Positions 36,573-48,755 of a DNA stretch of 58,713 nt are shown piece by piece. Where the stretch lies: the NCBI GenBank assembly GCA_039798785.1, contig JBDKFG010000026.1:1-58713 (forward strand), given 5' to 3'. Below the pieces are notes generated by a model. The model saw nothing but the letters and a program-made list of their open reading frames with translations, did not search any database and was not told where the DNA came from. How positions within the stretch are numbered: position 1 is the stretch's first letter; each line of letters begins with the position of its first letter. The stretch comes from Verrucomicrobiota bacterium (lineage in GTDB: Bacteria > Verrucomicrobiota > Lentisphaeria > Lentisphaerales > Lentisphaeraceae). A program made the translations under genes and the position numbers.

Positions 36573-37382
36573 ATCATCCAGCCGCACAGGAGCTCCGCAT
36601 CCAGGGTGAAAACGCCGCCGTCAGCCATCTCAGCCAACGCCGTGTAGGGATCTAAAATCAGGCGATTGCCGTTTAAGCGCCCGGGAAAAATCTGTTTGCA
36701 GATCTGCAGATTGACCACTTGGCTGTCCTTTTCAGGAAGGGTCCATTTATCCCCTTGGAAAAACACCTGGCCGACCGTCTCGGGGCTCCTTTTTTGTCGT
36801 CGTGTCGAAAGCGACCCGACCGAGCTGAATCGACAGCACTGAATCCACCTGCCGAGCGGGCTCCACCGGCGCTAGGTTGATGCCGAAATTGAGCTCAAGG
36901 AATAGGCCCAGTCGGCACGCGTATCCAAAAAAGCGTTTTGGCCTTTGCTCCTGCTGCTCGCCCCCTCGCGGGTCGCTCATGGTAGCCCAGGGTCGCCTCG
37001 ACCCTGGGTATGAGGCAAAAATGAGTTCCGACCCCTTGCGGGTCGCACAGTGTTCGACTGGGCGCTGTGCGACCCGATGCGGGTCGGCGAACCGAGGGAA
37101 TCTCCAACCCAGGGTCATCGCCGATGCGGCTCGACCCTCGGCTACCATGTACGACCCGCAAGGGGTCGAACGACAGAATTCGGCTGAATTCAGACCAGAA
37201 TCTTTTCGCAGGGGTTCCCAGCATGACTCGTGAGGCATCTTGGATACGCGTGGCCCAGTCGGCGAATCTGCCAATGAAATGAGCGTACGCTGAGGAGCGA
37301 CGGTTTCGATCCGCGGATGGGGCGCCACCGATTCTGGCTCAGGAGCCCCCTGAAGAGCGAGGATGAGGCAAAGAGCTTTCAT
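36551..37382 (-). pseudogene. Probable degraded secreted-protein gene with REP-like insertion and frameshift
   Basis: ATG 37382 with AAAGGAG RBS and signal-like MKALCLILALQG. The ORF reads through element B and stops at 36747; a second frame is open 36871-36551 across an A6 tract. Confidence 0.4.
36958..37169. repeat. Composite REP-like palindromic element, family B (~212 bp)
   Basis: ~38-bp imperfect terminal inverted repeats containing GTAGCC(C/G)AGGGTCG, and four CGACCC..GGGTCG hairpins. Confidence 0.85.
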
Positions 37383-37581
37383 GATTCGGACTCCTTTAAG
37401 CTTCTGGCATGAGTTTCTACCACACCCTAAGCCCAATCCCCCTCAGCATGCCAATGAATTTGTAAAACATTTATAAAAGCCGCTGCGCCTCTTTCCCGTG
37501 CCCTCCGTGCCTTCCGTGGTGGAAGCGCTCGCCCCCCTTATGCTGCAGTGAAAATCTCCGGAGACCGAGTAACTTGTGACC

Positions 37582-39267
37582 ATGAAAACGCCACGAAAAC
37601 CCTTCATCGACAGCTCGAGCTCCAGCTTTCGCGCCTTGCGCGAAAGCGGCTCCTACCTGGTCGACAAATCCCTTTTCATCCGCGACCTCATTGACGCCGA
37701 GACCTCGATCCTGATCGCCCGGCCGCGCCGCTTCGGCAAGACCACCAACCTGCAAATGGCGCACGAGTTTTTCCGCATCGACCGGCAAGATCAGGCAGAG
37801 CTCTTCAAGGGGATGAAGATCCTCGACGACAAGCTGGCGCTTGAGCACATGGGCAAGCATCCGGTGATCTTCCTCGACCTGAAGGGATGGAAGCCGAAAT
37901 CGCCACAGGCCCTCCTGGGCAAGATGCGCGAGACGATGGCCAGTCTCGTCGACCGCCACCGTGAATGCCTCGACTCAGCCCGGGAGACCGAAGCGGCCCG
38001 CCTCCGCCGCGTCATCGCCCAGACCAGCTCCGACACCGAGCTGCAGGAATCGCTTTTCCTCCTCTGCAAAGCTCTGGAAGGCCATCACAAGGCCAAGCCG
38101 GTCATCCTCATCGACGAATACGATGCCCCGATCCACGAAGCCTTCGCCAAAGGCTTCTACAGCGAAGCCATCGAGCTGATCCGCCCCTGGCTCTCCGATG
38201 CCTTTAAAACCAATGACTCCCTCTACAAAGGCGTCCTCACCGGCATCCTCCGGATCTCCAAGGAGTCACTCTTCTCCGGACTCAACAACATCGAGGCCTA
38301 CACCACCTTGCGCAGTGGACGCCCCATCTTCCTCGACAAGTTCGGCTTCACCGAAGAAGAGGTCATCGAGCTTCTCCGCACCTTCGGCAAGGAGGATCAG
38401 CTCGAAGTCTGCCGCCTCTGGTACAACGGCTATCGCTTCGGATCCCACACCATCTACAATCCCTGGTCGATCACCCATTTCGCCCGCGAAAACAGCGAGC
38501 CTCAGCCCTGGTGGGTCAACACCTCGCAAGACGCCCTGATTTGGGATCAACTCGCCGAAGGGGGCGACAGCGACCGCCGCGACCTGCTCACCGTCCTCGC
38601 CGGTGGCCAGGTCCGCCTCGAAATCACGGAAGCCACCCAGCTCAACCAGCTGCCCAGCTCCGAGGCGCTCTGGTCCCTGATGGTCGCCTCCGGCTACCTC
38701 AAGGCCTGTGAGCCGGAAACGATCCGAGGCCGCACCTCCTACGCCGTCTCGCTGCCGAATGTCGAAGTCGTCAGCGCCTTCGAACGCTTCGTCGACGCCA
38801 CCTTCAGCCAGGCGAAGATACGCCGCACCGAGCAGCCCTTTGTTTTGCTCGCCGAAGACCGCATCCCCGAACTGCAAAAGGCGCTGAAAAGCTACTTCAA
38901 AGGCTGCGCCTCCTACTTCGACCTCGGCAAGATCCCCGAAACCTTCGTCCACGGCCTTTTCTTCGGCATCTGCGCCCAGCTCCGCGACGATTTTCTCATC
39001 AGCTCCAACCCAGAAACCGGCGAGGGCCGCGCCGACCTCCTGATGATCCCTCGCGACCCGAACAGCCGCCTGACGGCCAAAGTGATCGAATTCAAGATCG
39101 CCCAAGACTCGCAAAGCCTCGAGACCGCTCTCGCCGAAGCCTTCCAACAGATCGAGGACCGGGACTACAGCGCCAAATTGCGCGAAGCGCAATGCTCGAA
39201 ACTGGTCAAGATCGGCATCGCGGTCAAGAGCAAGGACATCCTCATCGAGGTCCGCAAAGCGGATTGA
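37582..39267 (+). CDS. AAA-ATPase-like domain + PD-(D/E)XK nuclease protein
   Basis: Y.VDKS, RPRRFGKT, LIDEYDAP, SGLNN, WYNGY, IYNPWS, PN.EV, G.GRADL and IEFK motifs. Confidence 0.93.
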   Translation: MKTPRKPFIDSSSSSFRALRESGSYLVDKSLFIRDLIDAETSILIARPRRFGKTTNLQMAHEFFRIDRQDQAELFKGMKILDDKLALEHMGKHPVIFLDLKGWKPKSPQALLGKMRETMASLVDRHRECLDSARETEAARLRRVIAQTSSDTELQESLFLLCKALEGHHKAKPVILIDEYDAPIHEAFAKGFYSEAIELIRPWLSDAFKTNDSLYKGVLTGILRISKESLFSGLNNIEAYTTLRSGRPIFLDKFGFTEEEVIELLRTFGKEDQLEVCRLWYNGYRFGSHTIYNPWSITHFARENSEPQPWWVNTSQDALIWDQLAEGGDSDRRDLLTVLAGGQVRLEITEATQLNQLPSSEALWSLMVASGYLKACEPETIRGRTSYAVSLPNVEVVSAFERFVDATFSQAKIRRTEQPFVLLAEDRIPELQKALKSYFKGCASYFDLGKIPETFVHGLFFGICAQLRDDFLISSNPETGEGRADLLMIPRDPNSRLTAKVIEFKIAQDSQSLETALAEAFQQIEDRDYSAKLREAQCSKLVKIGIAVKSKDILIEVRKAD

Positions 39268-39416
39268 GGACCACCCCTGCCCCCCTCTACTTGCGGCTCT
39301 CTGCGTAATCTGTGGATCTATTTAGCCTGGCGTTGAGATTAAGAAATCTTGCCCTTCCCCCTTGTTTCCCGCCGGCTTTAGTTCGACATTGAGGAGGTGT
39401 CAGCCCAGGAATTTCC

Positions 39417-40961
39417 ATGATTCTCGCCCTCGCCCTTCTCTTTGCGACTCCCGCAGAAAACCCGCCGCCCAAGCCTGAAGTCAAGCCCCAGGTCTTCGCC
39501 GTCAGCAAGGTCGACAAAGCGACCAAGCCACTGGCTACCCTGCCCGCCAAGGAACTCCTCGGCGACGCTGGCGGCGACGCCTTCGAGGCCGCCGCCGATG
39601 TCGGCAATCTGGCCTGGCTCGACCCCAAGGTGCCCGCTCTCAACGGCCACCCCTTCGTCGCCGCCGCCCACCTCGCCTTCGCCGAGCACCGCCCCCTGTC
39701 GCTCAGCCCCGACATGATCTGGCTGCTGATCAACCAGATGGCCGCCCGCGAAGTTCTCTCCTCACCCGAGAAATACCGAGGCGTTTTTGCGACCCACGCA
39801 GAAGGCCAGCGCACCCTGATCGTACAACGCGACAAATTCACCCTCGGCTCGCCCGCCAACGACTGGCCCGGCGTCTTCGCCGAGTTCGAAGACAAAATCG
39901 TCAAGCAGGCGCCATCGCCGCTTCCCGCCACCTTCTCGCATCCCTTTAGCTCCTCCCGCCCCTGGGAGATCGCCGCCCGCCGCGTCACCCTCTTGAAGCT
40001 GGCTTCGCCTTACTTCAAATATGAACTGGCTACCGGCTGTGGCATCCCAGAAATCGAGCTATCCGGTTCGCCCGAGGACTGGCGCTGGATCCGCAAGAAT
40101 ATCGAAGGCTTCGCCGCGCTCGGGATGAAGCGCCGCGTGAGCGCCCTGCTACCAGTACTCGACCAGTTCGTCGCCGCCTCTGAGGGCCAGGCCAATCCCG
40201 TGTTCTGGAAGAACTTCTACAAGTATCAGGATGGCAGCGGTGGCCCCTTTATCAGCGGCTGGATCAACCTGTTCTTCCTTGAGGAGAATGACGACGAACT
40301 CGCATCCTGCCTCGCCAAGGATTTTTCTTGGTGCAATCCTGCGGTGAAACGAGGCGATCACGGCCCCTTCAATCTTGCTCTCGTCAGGCATCCGCGCCGC
40401 TATCCGGACGCCTTTGTCGAGACCGAATTCCTCTGGAACGATCTCATGGCGCGCCAGAACCGGCCGATGCTTCTTCGGGCCGGATTCCTCGGAATCAGCC
40501 AGGACCCAAAAAAACTGACCTTGAAGCCGGAAATAGCCTGGCAGGTGCTCCATGTCAAGCAGTCCGAAATGATGCGGCTGAAGCGGCATTACGCCCGGCG
40601 GCTGATCCGCCTGGACGGGGTGGAGATGGCTTATCTCATCCGCCAATGGCATTACGACGAAGCGCTGAAAACCTCTCTCCCTTCTCCGGAAAAGCGCAGA
40701 GCTTCCTTCGATCTCCGCGTCTGGCTCGAATTCATTCCGATGATGAACCAGCTCGAATCCTTCGACTTTCACCTCTTTTCCTTCGTCATTTCGAAATGGG
40801 GGAAGACGCCTGATCCCGCGCTCAGCCCCCCCCCCGAGCTCTGCCGCCTGCTCCTCGCCCTGCCGCGACTGAAGACCATCAAACTGCCGAAGGACTTCGA
40901 CCCGGAATGCCGCCGCATCCTCGAGACCCGCACCGATTGGAAGCTGGAGACCGCCCCATGA
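39417..40961 (+). CDS. Secreted DUF4419-like protein, paralogue 1
   Basis: AF.EHRPL.LSPD.IWL.I, YF.Y....CGIP.I.L.G..EDW, L.PVLDQF, FW and SGWI..F motifs; short signal peptide. Confidence 0.85.
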   Translation: MILALALLFATPAENPPPKPEVKPQVFAVSKVDKATKPLATLPAKELLGDAGGDAFEAAADVGNLAWLDPKVPALNGHPFVAAAHLAFAEHRPLSLSPDMIWLLINQMAAREVLSSPEKYRGVFATHAEGQRTLIVQRDKFTLGSPANDWPGVFAEFEDKIVKQAPSPLPATFSHPFSSSRPWEIAARRVTLLKLASPYFKYELATGCGIPEIELSGSPEDWRWIRKNIEGFAALGMKRRVSALLPVLDQFVAASEGQANPVFWKNFYKYQDGSGGPFISGWINLFFLEENDDELASCLAKDFSWCNPAVKRGDHGPFNLALVRHPRRYPDAFVETEFLWNDLMARQNRPMLLRAGFLGISQDPKKLTLKPEIAWQVLHVKQSEMMRLKRHYARRLIRLDGVEMAYLIRQWHYDEALKTSLPSPEKRRASFDLRVWLEFIPMMNQLESFDFHLFSFVISKWGKTPDPALSPPPELCRLLLALPRLKTIKLPKDFDPECRRILETRTDWKLETAP

Positions 40962-42517
40962 TCCTCGCCCTTGCCCTCCTTTTTGCGACTCCCGCAGAGA
41001 ACCCGCCGCCCAAGCCTGAAGACAAGCCCCAGGTCTTCGCCGTCAGCAAGGTTGACAAAGCGACCAAGCCGCTGGCCACCCTGCCCGCCAAGGAACTCCT
41101 CCGCGAGGCCGGCGGTGACGCCTTCGAAGCCGCCGCTGAAGTCGGCAATCTGGCCTGGCTCGACCCCAAGGTTCCCGCCCTCAACGGCCACCCCTTCGTC
41201 GCCGCCGCGCACCTTGCCTTCGCCGAGCACCGCCCGCTGGCGCTCAGCCCCGACATGATCTGGCTGCTGATCAACCAGATGGCCGCCCGCGAAGTCCTCG
41301 CCGATCCCGAGAAATACCGCGGCGTCTTTGCGGCCCACGCAGAAGGCCAGCGCACCCTCATCGTCCGGCGCGATGAGTTCACTCCCGGTTCGCCCGCCAA
41401 CGACTGGCCCGGCGTCTTCGCCGAGTTCGAAGACAAGATCGTCAAGCAGGCGCCGTCGCCGATCCCCGCCACCTTCTCGCACCCCTTCAGCTCCTCCCGG
41501 CCTTGGGAGATCGCCGCCCGCCGCGTCACCCTGCTGAAAACGGCGTCACCCTACTTCAAATATAAACTCCACACATTTTGCGGCATTCCCGAGATCGAGC
41601 TCAGCGGCTCCCCGGAAGACTGGCGCTGGATCCGCAAGAATGTCGAAGGCTTCGCCGCGCTCGGGATGAAGCGCCGCGTCGCCGCCCTGCTGCCGGTGCT
41701 CGACCAGTTCATCGCCGCTTCCGAAGGCAAGGCCGACGCTGGCTTCTGGCAAAGCTTCTACAAATATGACTCCGAAAGCGGCGGCTCCTACGTCAGCGGC
41801 TGGATCAACCTCTTCTTCATCGAAGAGAAAAGCCCCGTCCTCGACAAAGTGCTGACCAAGACCTTCCGCTGGAGCGGCGCGAAACTGGAGCAAAGCCGAG
41901 GAGGTGCCCTGAACCTTCCCATCGCGATGGAGCCCAACCAATACCCGAAAGGCCTCCTTGAGCAGGAGTTCATCTGGAACATCAGCCTCAAAGGCATTGA
42001 AGAAAACCGCCCGATGCTCCTTCGCGCCGGCTTCCTCGGCATCAGTCAAGATCCCCAAAGCCTGACCCTCAAGCCGCAGATCGCCTGGCAGGTGCTGCTA
42101 GTCAAGGAGAGTCCATGGCAGCGAGAACTGCGTGCTCACTTGCGTCCATACGAGCGTATCGATGGCAAGGCAATCTCCGATATCAACGCCATGCTGATCT
42201 TCGACGAAGCCACTGCATCCTGCAAATGGAATGACAATACCCTGCTCACCCAAGACAGCCAATTGGAAATCTGGCTGCAGGTGATTCCACTGCTCTCTCA
42301 TACCGAGTCCATCAATCTCGATAAACTCTTCCCCATTTTCAACAATCACAGAGCCAACAACATTCCTCCCGGCCCTGACGACTCCTCCCCCGAAATCTGC
42401 CGTCAACTCCTCGCCCTGCCGCGACTCAAAACCATCAAACTGCCGAAGAATTTCGACCCCGAATGCCGCCGCATCCTCGAGACCCGCACCGATTGGAAGC
42501 TGGAGACCGCCCCATGA
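40958..42517 (+). CDS. Secreted DUF4419-like protein, paralogue 2
   Basis: Start re-assigned to ATG 40958 (ATGA overlap); N-terminal half near-identical to paralogue 1. Confidence 0.85.
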   Translation: MILALALLFATPAENPPPKPEDKPQVFAVSKVDKATKPLATLPAKELLREAGGDAFEAAAEVGNLAWLDPKVPALNGHPFVAAAHLAFAEHRPLALSPDMIWLLINQMAAREVLADPEKYRGVFAAHAEGQRTLIVRRDEFTPGSPANDWPGVFAEFEDKIVKQAPSPIPATFSHPFSSSRPWEIAARRVTLLKTASPYFKYKLHTFCGIPEIELSGSPEDWRWIRKNVEGFAALGMKRRVAALLPVLDQFIAASEGKADAGFWQSFYKYDSESGGSYVSGWINLFFIEEKSPVLDKVLTKTFRWSGAKLEQSRGGALNLPIAMEPNQYPKGLLEQEFIWNISLKGIEENRPMLLRAGFLGISQDPQSLTLKPQIAWQVLLVKESPWQRELRAHLRPYERIDGKAISDINAMLIFDEATASCKWNDNTLLTQDSQLEIWLQVIPLLSHTESINLDKLFPIFNNHRANNIPPGPDDSSPEICRQLLALPRLKTIKLPKNFDPECRRILETRTDWKLETAP

Positions 42518-44058
42518 TCCTCGCCCTTGCCCTCCTTTTTGCGACCCCCGCAGAGAACCCGCCGGCCAAGCCTGAAGACAAGCCCCAGGTCTTCGCCGTC
42601 AGCAAGGTCGACAAAGCGACCAAGCCACTGGCCACCCTGCCCGCCAAGGAACTCCTCGGCGACGCCGGCGGCGACGCCTTCGAGGCCGCCGCCGATGTCG
42701 GCAATCTGGCCTGGCTCGACCCCAAGGTGCCCGCCCTCAACGGCCACCCCTTCGTCGCAGCGACTCACCTCGCCTTCGCCGAACACCGCCCGCTGGCGCT
42801 CAGCCCCGACATGATCTGGCTGCTGATCAACCAGATGGCCGCTCGCGAAGTCCTCGCCGATCCCGAGAAATACCGCGGCGTCTTTGCGGCCCACGCAGAA
42901 GGCCAGCGCACCCTGGTCGTCCGGCGCGATGAGTTCACTCCCGGTTCGCCCGCCAACGACTGGCCCGGCGTCTTCGCCGAGTTCGAAGACAAGATCGTCA
43001 AGCAGGCGCCCTCGCCCATCCCCGCGACCTTCTCGCACCCCTTCAGCTCCAGCCGCCCCTGGGAGATCGCCACCCGTCGCGTCACCCTCGTGAAAACGAC
43101 GTCGCCCTATTTCCAGTTCAAGGTCTTGACCCTATGCGGCATTCCCGAGATCGAGCTTAGCGGCTCCCCGGAAGACTGGCGCTGGATCCGCAAGAATGTC
43201 GAAGGATTCGCCGCGCTCGGGATGAAGCGCCGCGTCGCCGCCCTGCTGCCGGTGCTCGACCAGTTCATCGCCGCTTCCGAAGGCAAGGCCGATGCCGCCT
43301 TCTGGCAAAGCTTCTACAAATACCAAGAGCAAAGTGGCGACGAATTCACCAGTGGCTGGATCAATCTGTTTTTCATCGACGAAGGCAATCGTCTTCTCGA
43401 CACCGTCTTCGCCGAAGGATTTGATTGGCGCAAGGCACCGATCGAAATCGCCAAACTGGGGGCAGAAAACCTTCCCTTGGGAATGAGGGTGACTCAGTTC
43501 CCAGCTGGCGTCCTTGATGTCGACTTCGTCTGGAAGATCGACAAGGATGGACATCAGGAAAGCCGCCCGATGCTCCTTCGCGCCGGCTTCCTCGGCATCA
43601 GTCAAGATCCCCAAAGCCTGACCCTCAAGCCGCAGATCGCCTGGCAACTTCGGCAGCGCAAAGCCGGCGCTGAGATTACACCATTAAAGGCTAATTTGCA
43701 GAAACGCCTAGGGGAATTAACCCGTATTTATCCACAGTATTTTGAAGAATTGAACATGAGTCTCGCCGTCGACCCCAAGCTGGGTTTAAAGCTCCATGCC
43801 AGTGAAGATTGGCGCTGCCGCCTTGCCGTCTGGCGTGAAATCCTGCCGATGATGGTTTCGCTCGAAACGCTCGACCTCCAAAAGATGCTCCCTTGGGCAG
43901 ACGAAAACAATCAAGAAACCGGTACTCCACCGGAAATCTGCCGCATCCTCCTCTCCCTGCCGCAACTCAAAACCATCAAACTGCCGAAGAATTTCGACCC
44001 CGAATGCCGCCGCATCCTCGAAACCCGCAAGGACTGGAAGCTGGAAGAGCGGAAATGA
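42514..44058 (+). CDS. Secreted DUF4419-like protein, paralogue 3
   Basis: Start re-assigned to ATG 42514 (ATGA overlap); same conserved blocks. Confidence 0.85.
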   Translation: MILALALLFATPAENPPAKPEDKPQVFAVSKVDKATKPLATLPAKELLGDAGGDAFEAAADVGNLAWLDPKVPALNGHPFVAATHLAFAEHRPLALSPDMIWLLINQMAAREVLADPEKYRGVFAAHAEGQRTLVVRRDEFTPGSPANDWPGVFAEFEDKIVKQAPSPIPATFSHPFSSSRPWEIATRRVTLVKTTSPYFQFKVLTLCGIPEIELSGSPEDWRWIRKNVEGFAALGMKRRVAALLPVLDQFIAASEGKADAAFWQSFYKYQEQSGDEFTSGWINLFFIDEGNRLLDTVFAEGFDWRKAPIEIAKLGAENLPLGMRVTQFPAGVLDVDFVWKIDKDGHQESRPMLLRAGFLGISQDPQSLTLKPQIAWQLRQRKAGAEITPLKANLQKRLGELTRIYPQYFEELNMSLAVDPKLGLKLHASEDWRCRLAVWREILPMMVSLETLDLQKMLPWADENNQETGTPPEICRILLSLPQLKTIKLPKNFDPECRRILETRKDWKLEERK

Positions 44059-44184
44059 GCCGAGCCAGGTCCCTCTGATTCCTTCCATCGCCGCCCCCCG
44101 CGGTGGAAAATCTTGCCCTGACAACTGGACTCCCGGCCGCTCCGGATTGAAATTGAGGCCTTGTCAGCCCCGCAGGAATTCCCC

Positions 44185-45916
<1,732 letters not shown>

Positions 45917-45924
<8 letters not shown>

Positions 45925-46546
45925 GCCATCCCTTCTCCGCTTCGCCGGACGCCTCCGCCGCGGCGACATCACTGAAGCGCTGCAAAACCGCCTGCGCGAC
46001 CGCAATCTGCCCCTGCGCCGCGCCGATGCCGACGACGACCCGGCGCCTGAGTCCCAGGATACCCTGATCCAGCGCCTGCCCCTCCTCAGCGCCGCCGAAA
46101 TCGAAGCGGAAATGAGCAAGTGGCCGGACATCCCCTCCCTTGCACCCTGCCGCCAACGCCTGCGCCAGCTCTGTGCACATCTTGAGGAAGTCAGCCGCCT
46201 CCCGAGTCTCGCCCCGGAGCTGCAATTCGATCTCCTCAAGCTTTTCGCCGCCGCCCCCGGCGAAGGCCAGTCGCGACAACGGCTGATCGACAAGTTTGAC
46301 GCCACACGCGGTTCCTCACTCGCTGATTTCCATCTCCAGCTCCGCCAGGTGCAACTCCAATGTCCAGCTCTCTGGCGCTTTGAGGCGAGCTTCCTAAATT
46401 TTCTGCCCGAGCTCCAACCCCTCGGTTTCTGGCAGAAACTCCTCCGTCCCGCGCTTCACGATGCCGACGTCTACATGAAAATCGCCTTGATCTGCATCCC
46501 CAGCATCGCCCTCGTCGCCCTGATCTTCTGGCCGGGGGCACGATGA
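45917..46546 (+). CDS. Hypothetical helical protein with C-terminal TM anchor
   Basis: GAGG RBS; overlaps the Hsp70 stop; C-terminal IALICIPSIALVALIFW. Confidence 0.7.
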
Positions 46547-46556
46547 ACCTAGATGC

Positions 46557-46790
46557 GCCCCAGCGGGGCGGCCGGCAGATAGCCCAGGGTGTAGCGACGC
46601 AGGAGCAAAACCTGGGTCAAACAGAACGCATGATTGAGCCCCGGAGGGGCGTTCAGATCGCTGTCCACGTTCGCTGTGGCGACATTCTGGACACCCCTCC
46701 GGGGTTCGACAGCCAGGATCTTTCCCCCCAGGGTTTGCCCTCGTCCCTCGTGCTATATCCTGGGCTATCTGCCGGCTGCCCCTCCAGGGC
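46557..46790. repeat. Composite REP-like palindromic element, family C (~234 bp)
   Basis: ~39-bp imperfect terminal inverted repeats (GGGGCGGCCGGCAGATAGCCCAGG / CCTGGGCTATCTGCCGGCTGCCCC) and internal CCCCGGAGGGG / CCCCTCCGGGG pair. Confidence 0.85.
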
Positions 46791-46811
46791 AAAAATGTCA
46801 AGATGCACTCT

Positions 46812-48749
46812 ATGAGCTCCTCTCCCGACTGGTCCCTCGCCGAGAATGATCCGCGCGCCTTCTTCGGCCTCGCGGCGGACGCCACTTTGACCGACCTGAA
46901 ACGCGCCTACGCGCGTCTCATCAAGACCTGGAAACCGGACATGTTTCCGCTCGAGTTCAAGAAGATCCGGCGGGCCTTCGAGGAGCTCGAACACGAGTTC
47001 AAACTCGAGGCGCCGCAGCTCGAATTCGATCCCCTCCCCTCCCGACCGATCCCACCAAGCGAAAGACCCGTCCCGCCACGCCCCGAAAAAGCTGCCGCCC
47101 CGAGCTTCGATTGGACCAGCCGACTGCACGACAGCGGCGTAGAAAACACTCTCGCCGAAATGGAGAAACTCGGCCGCCTCGAGCCGCGCGACTGGCTCCT
47201 CCTCGCCGCCTTGCGCGAAGCGCAAAACCCCGAGGCGCCGGCGCTTTTCGCCCGCACCCTGATCGAGTCGCTTCGGCACCACTCCGACGATCCCGAGCTC
47301 TGGCACGCCCTGTTGGTCGAGCTGCGCCGCTCCTGGCAAGCCCGCGAAGTCGAAGCCCTCTGCGGCGAGCTGATCACGCTGCACCACCACCCCGATTTCC
47401 TCCGCCGCTGCCACACCTTCTGGATGCACACCTTCGAAGTTGCGCCCGCCGCGAATCTCTGCCCCCTGCTTGATCGCTTCCTCCACCGCGCCCACGGCAA
47501 GGCCCACCAGGAAGAGGCGTCCTTCGTCCTCGAAGTGCTGATGCGTTTCGGCCCCTCCTTGCCCGCCGAATGGATCCGCCTCCAGACCTCCTTCTACGAA
47601 CAGATCTGGGGCCCCTCCCTGCAAAGTTTCGCCCAAGATCTCGAGCAGCTCCCCGCCATCCGCCGGGAGCTGGAAAAGTCCGACGATCCCGCCGCCCGTC
47701 GCCTCCTTGATTTCTTCGCCGCCTGGGGGCGCCACGACCTGCCGGGACTGCACCTCAGCCGCCAAGAGATCCGCCAGCTCCTGCTGCAGCGTCCCGAGAA
47801 GGCTCCGCCGCTGCTGAGCCATCCCGATCTCTTCCTCCCGGCCAGCCGGCTGCTCAGCTTCCGCAGCCGCAATCTGCGGGGAGGGCAAAGTCTCGTCGCC
47901 GACCGTCCGCAGGCCCTCGGCATCCGCTCGGCCAGCGCCGACGCCTTGCACGGCATCACCCTGCTTGCCATCCCTTTCTTCGGCCTGATCCTCTGGGGGC
48001 TCACCTTGATTTTCCAGTCGACCGAAGCCCTTCCCGTCTGGATGCTCGCCATCGGCGGCTTGTGGCTGTATGCCGCGCCGCGGGGCGGGCGGAAAATCCG
48101 GGAGCTCTGGCAAGCAGGGACCATGCTCCGTCTGATCAAAAATTTCTGGCGAGCCAATTCCATCGTCCAGCTCTGTCTCAAGGTCCTCGTTCCCACCGGT
48201 CTTTTCACCTTCGTCCTGCTCCTGAATTGCGGCAGCAGCGACGAGCTCGGCCGGACCTTGGCCGAACACCTCGGATTCGTCACGCTCGCGATCCTCTTCC
48301 TGGCTGGATACCACCGCGAATCGGAAATCTGCAGAAATTTGCAGCAAGCCCTCATTCCGCCGCTGAAAATCACCATGTACGCAGGAGCGCTCGCATTCGT
48401 CATCTGGCAGACAGCGCTCTTTCTCCTTGAGCTCTCCGACAAGGCCCATCGCTGGGAAAACCTGGGAGACCTGATCGTCCTGCTCCTTCTCCTCTGTCTC
48501 CTCGTCGACCCTCGCGGCCTCTACGACAGCCTCTACTACCGTTTCGCCCGGATCTTCGAGAAGCTCTTCCGCGAGAAGACCAGGAGCCGCGTCCTCGCTT
48601 CACTGACCCTGCACCAGGTCGGCCTCCTGCTTTGGCATGCCAAGCTCAGCGAAGCTCAGAAGAAATGGCTGCGCCCCCTGATGTCCGACGGCGATCTGCA
48701 TCTTGCCGCGGCGGCCTGGGAGGCACCGCGGCGGCGCGACGAGGACTAG
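46812..48749 (+). CDS. J-domain (DjlB/DjlC-like, KPD variant) protein with C-terminal multi-TM region
   Basis: DP..FFGL...AT..DLKRAYARLIK.WKPD.FP.EF.KIR.AFE.L; about 6-7 hydrophobic segments after residue ~380; start ATG 46812 or 46803. Confidence 0.82.
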   Translation: MSSSPDWSLAENDPRAFFGLAADATLTDLKRAYARLIKTWKPDMFPLEFKKIRRAFEELEHEFKLEAPQLEFDPLPSRPIPPSERPVPPRPEKAAAPSFDWTSRLHDSGVENTLAEMEKLGRLEPRDWLLLAALREAQNPEAPALFARTLIESLRHHSDDPELWHALLVELRRSWQAREVEALCGELITLHHHPDFLRRCHTFWMHTFEVAPAANLCPLLDRFLHRAHGKAHQEEASFVLEVLMRFGPSLPAEWIRLQTSFYEQIWGPSLQSFAQDLEQLPAIRRELEKSDDPAARRLLDFFAAWGRHDLPGLHLSRQEIRQLLLQRPEKAPPLLSHPDLFLPASRLLSFRSRNLRGGQSLVADRPQALGIRSASADALHGITLLAIPFFGLILWGLTLIFQSTEALPVWMLAIGGLWLYAAPRGGRKIRELWQAGTMLRLIKNFWRANSIVQLCLKVLVPTGLFTFVLLLNCGSSDELGRTLAEHLGFVTLAILFLAGYHRESEICRNLQQALIPPLKITMYAGALAFVIWQTALFLLELSDKAHRWENLGDLIVLLLLLCLLVDPRGLYDSLYYRFARIFEKLFREKTRSRVLASLTLHQVGLLLWHAKLSEAQKKWLRPLMSDGDLHLAAAAWEAPRRRDED

Positions 48750-48755
48750 ACTAGA

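Noticed and set aside
37582..39267. AAA/PD-(D/E)XK gene as a novel defence system
   Set aside because: A widespread, often multicopy architecture; nothing here shows a partner or function beyond its position.
39417..44058. Diversity-generating retroelement as the source of variation in the paralogue arrays
   Set aside because: No reverse transcriptase or template repeat, and the differences are not adenine-specific.
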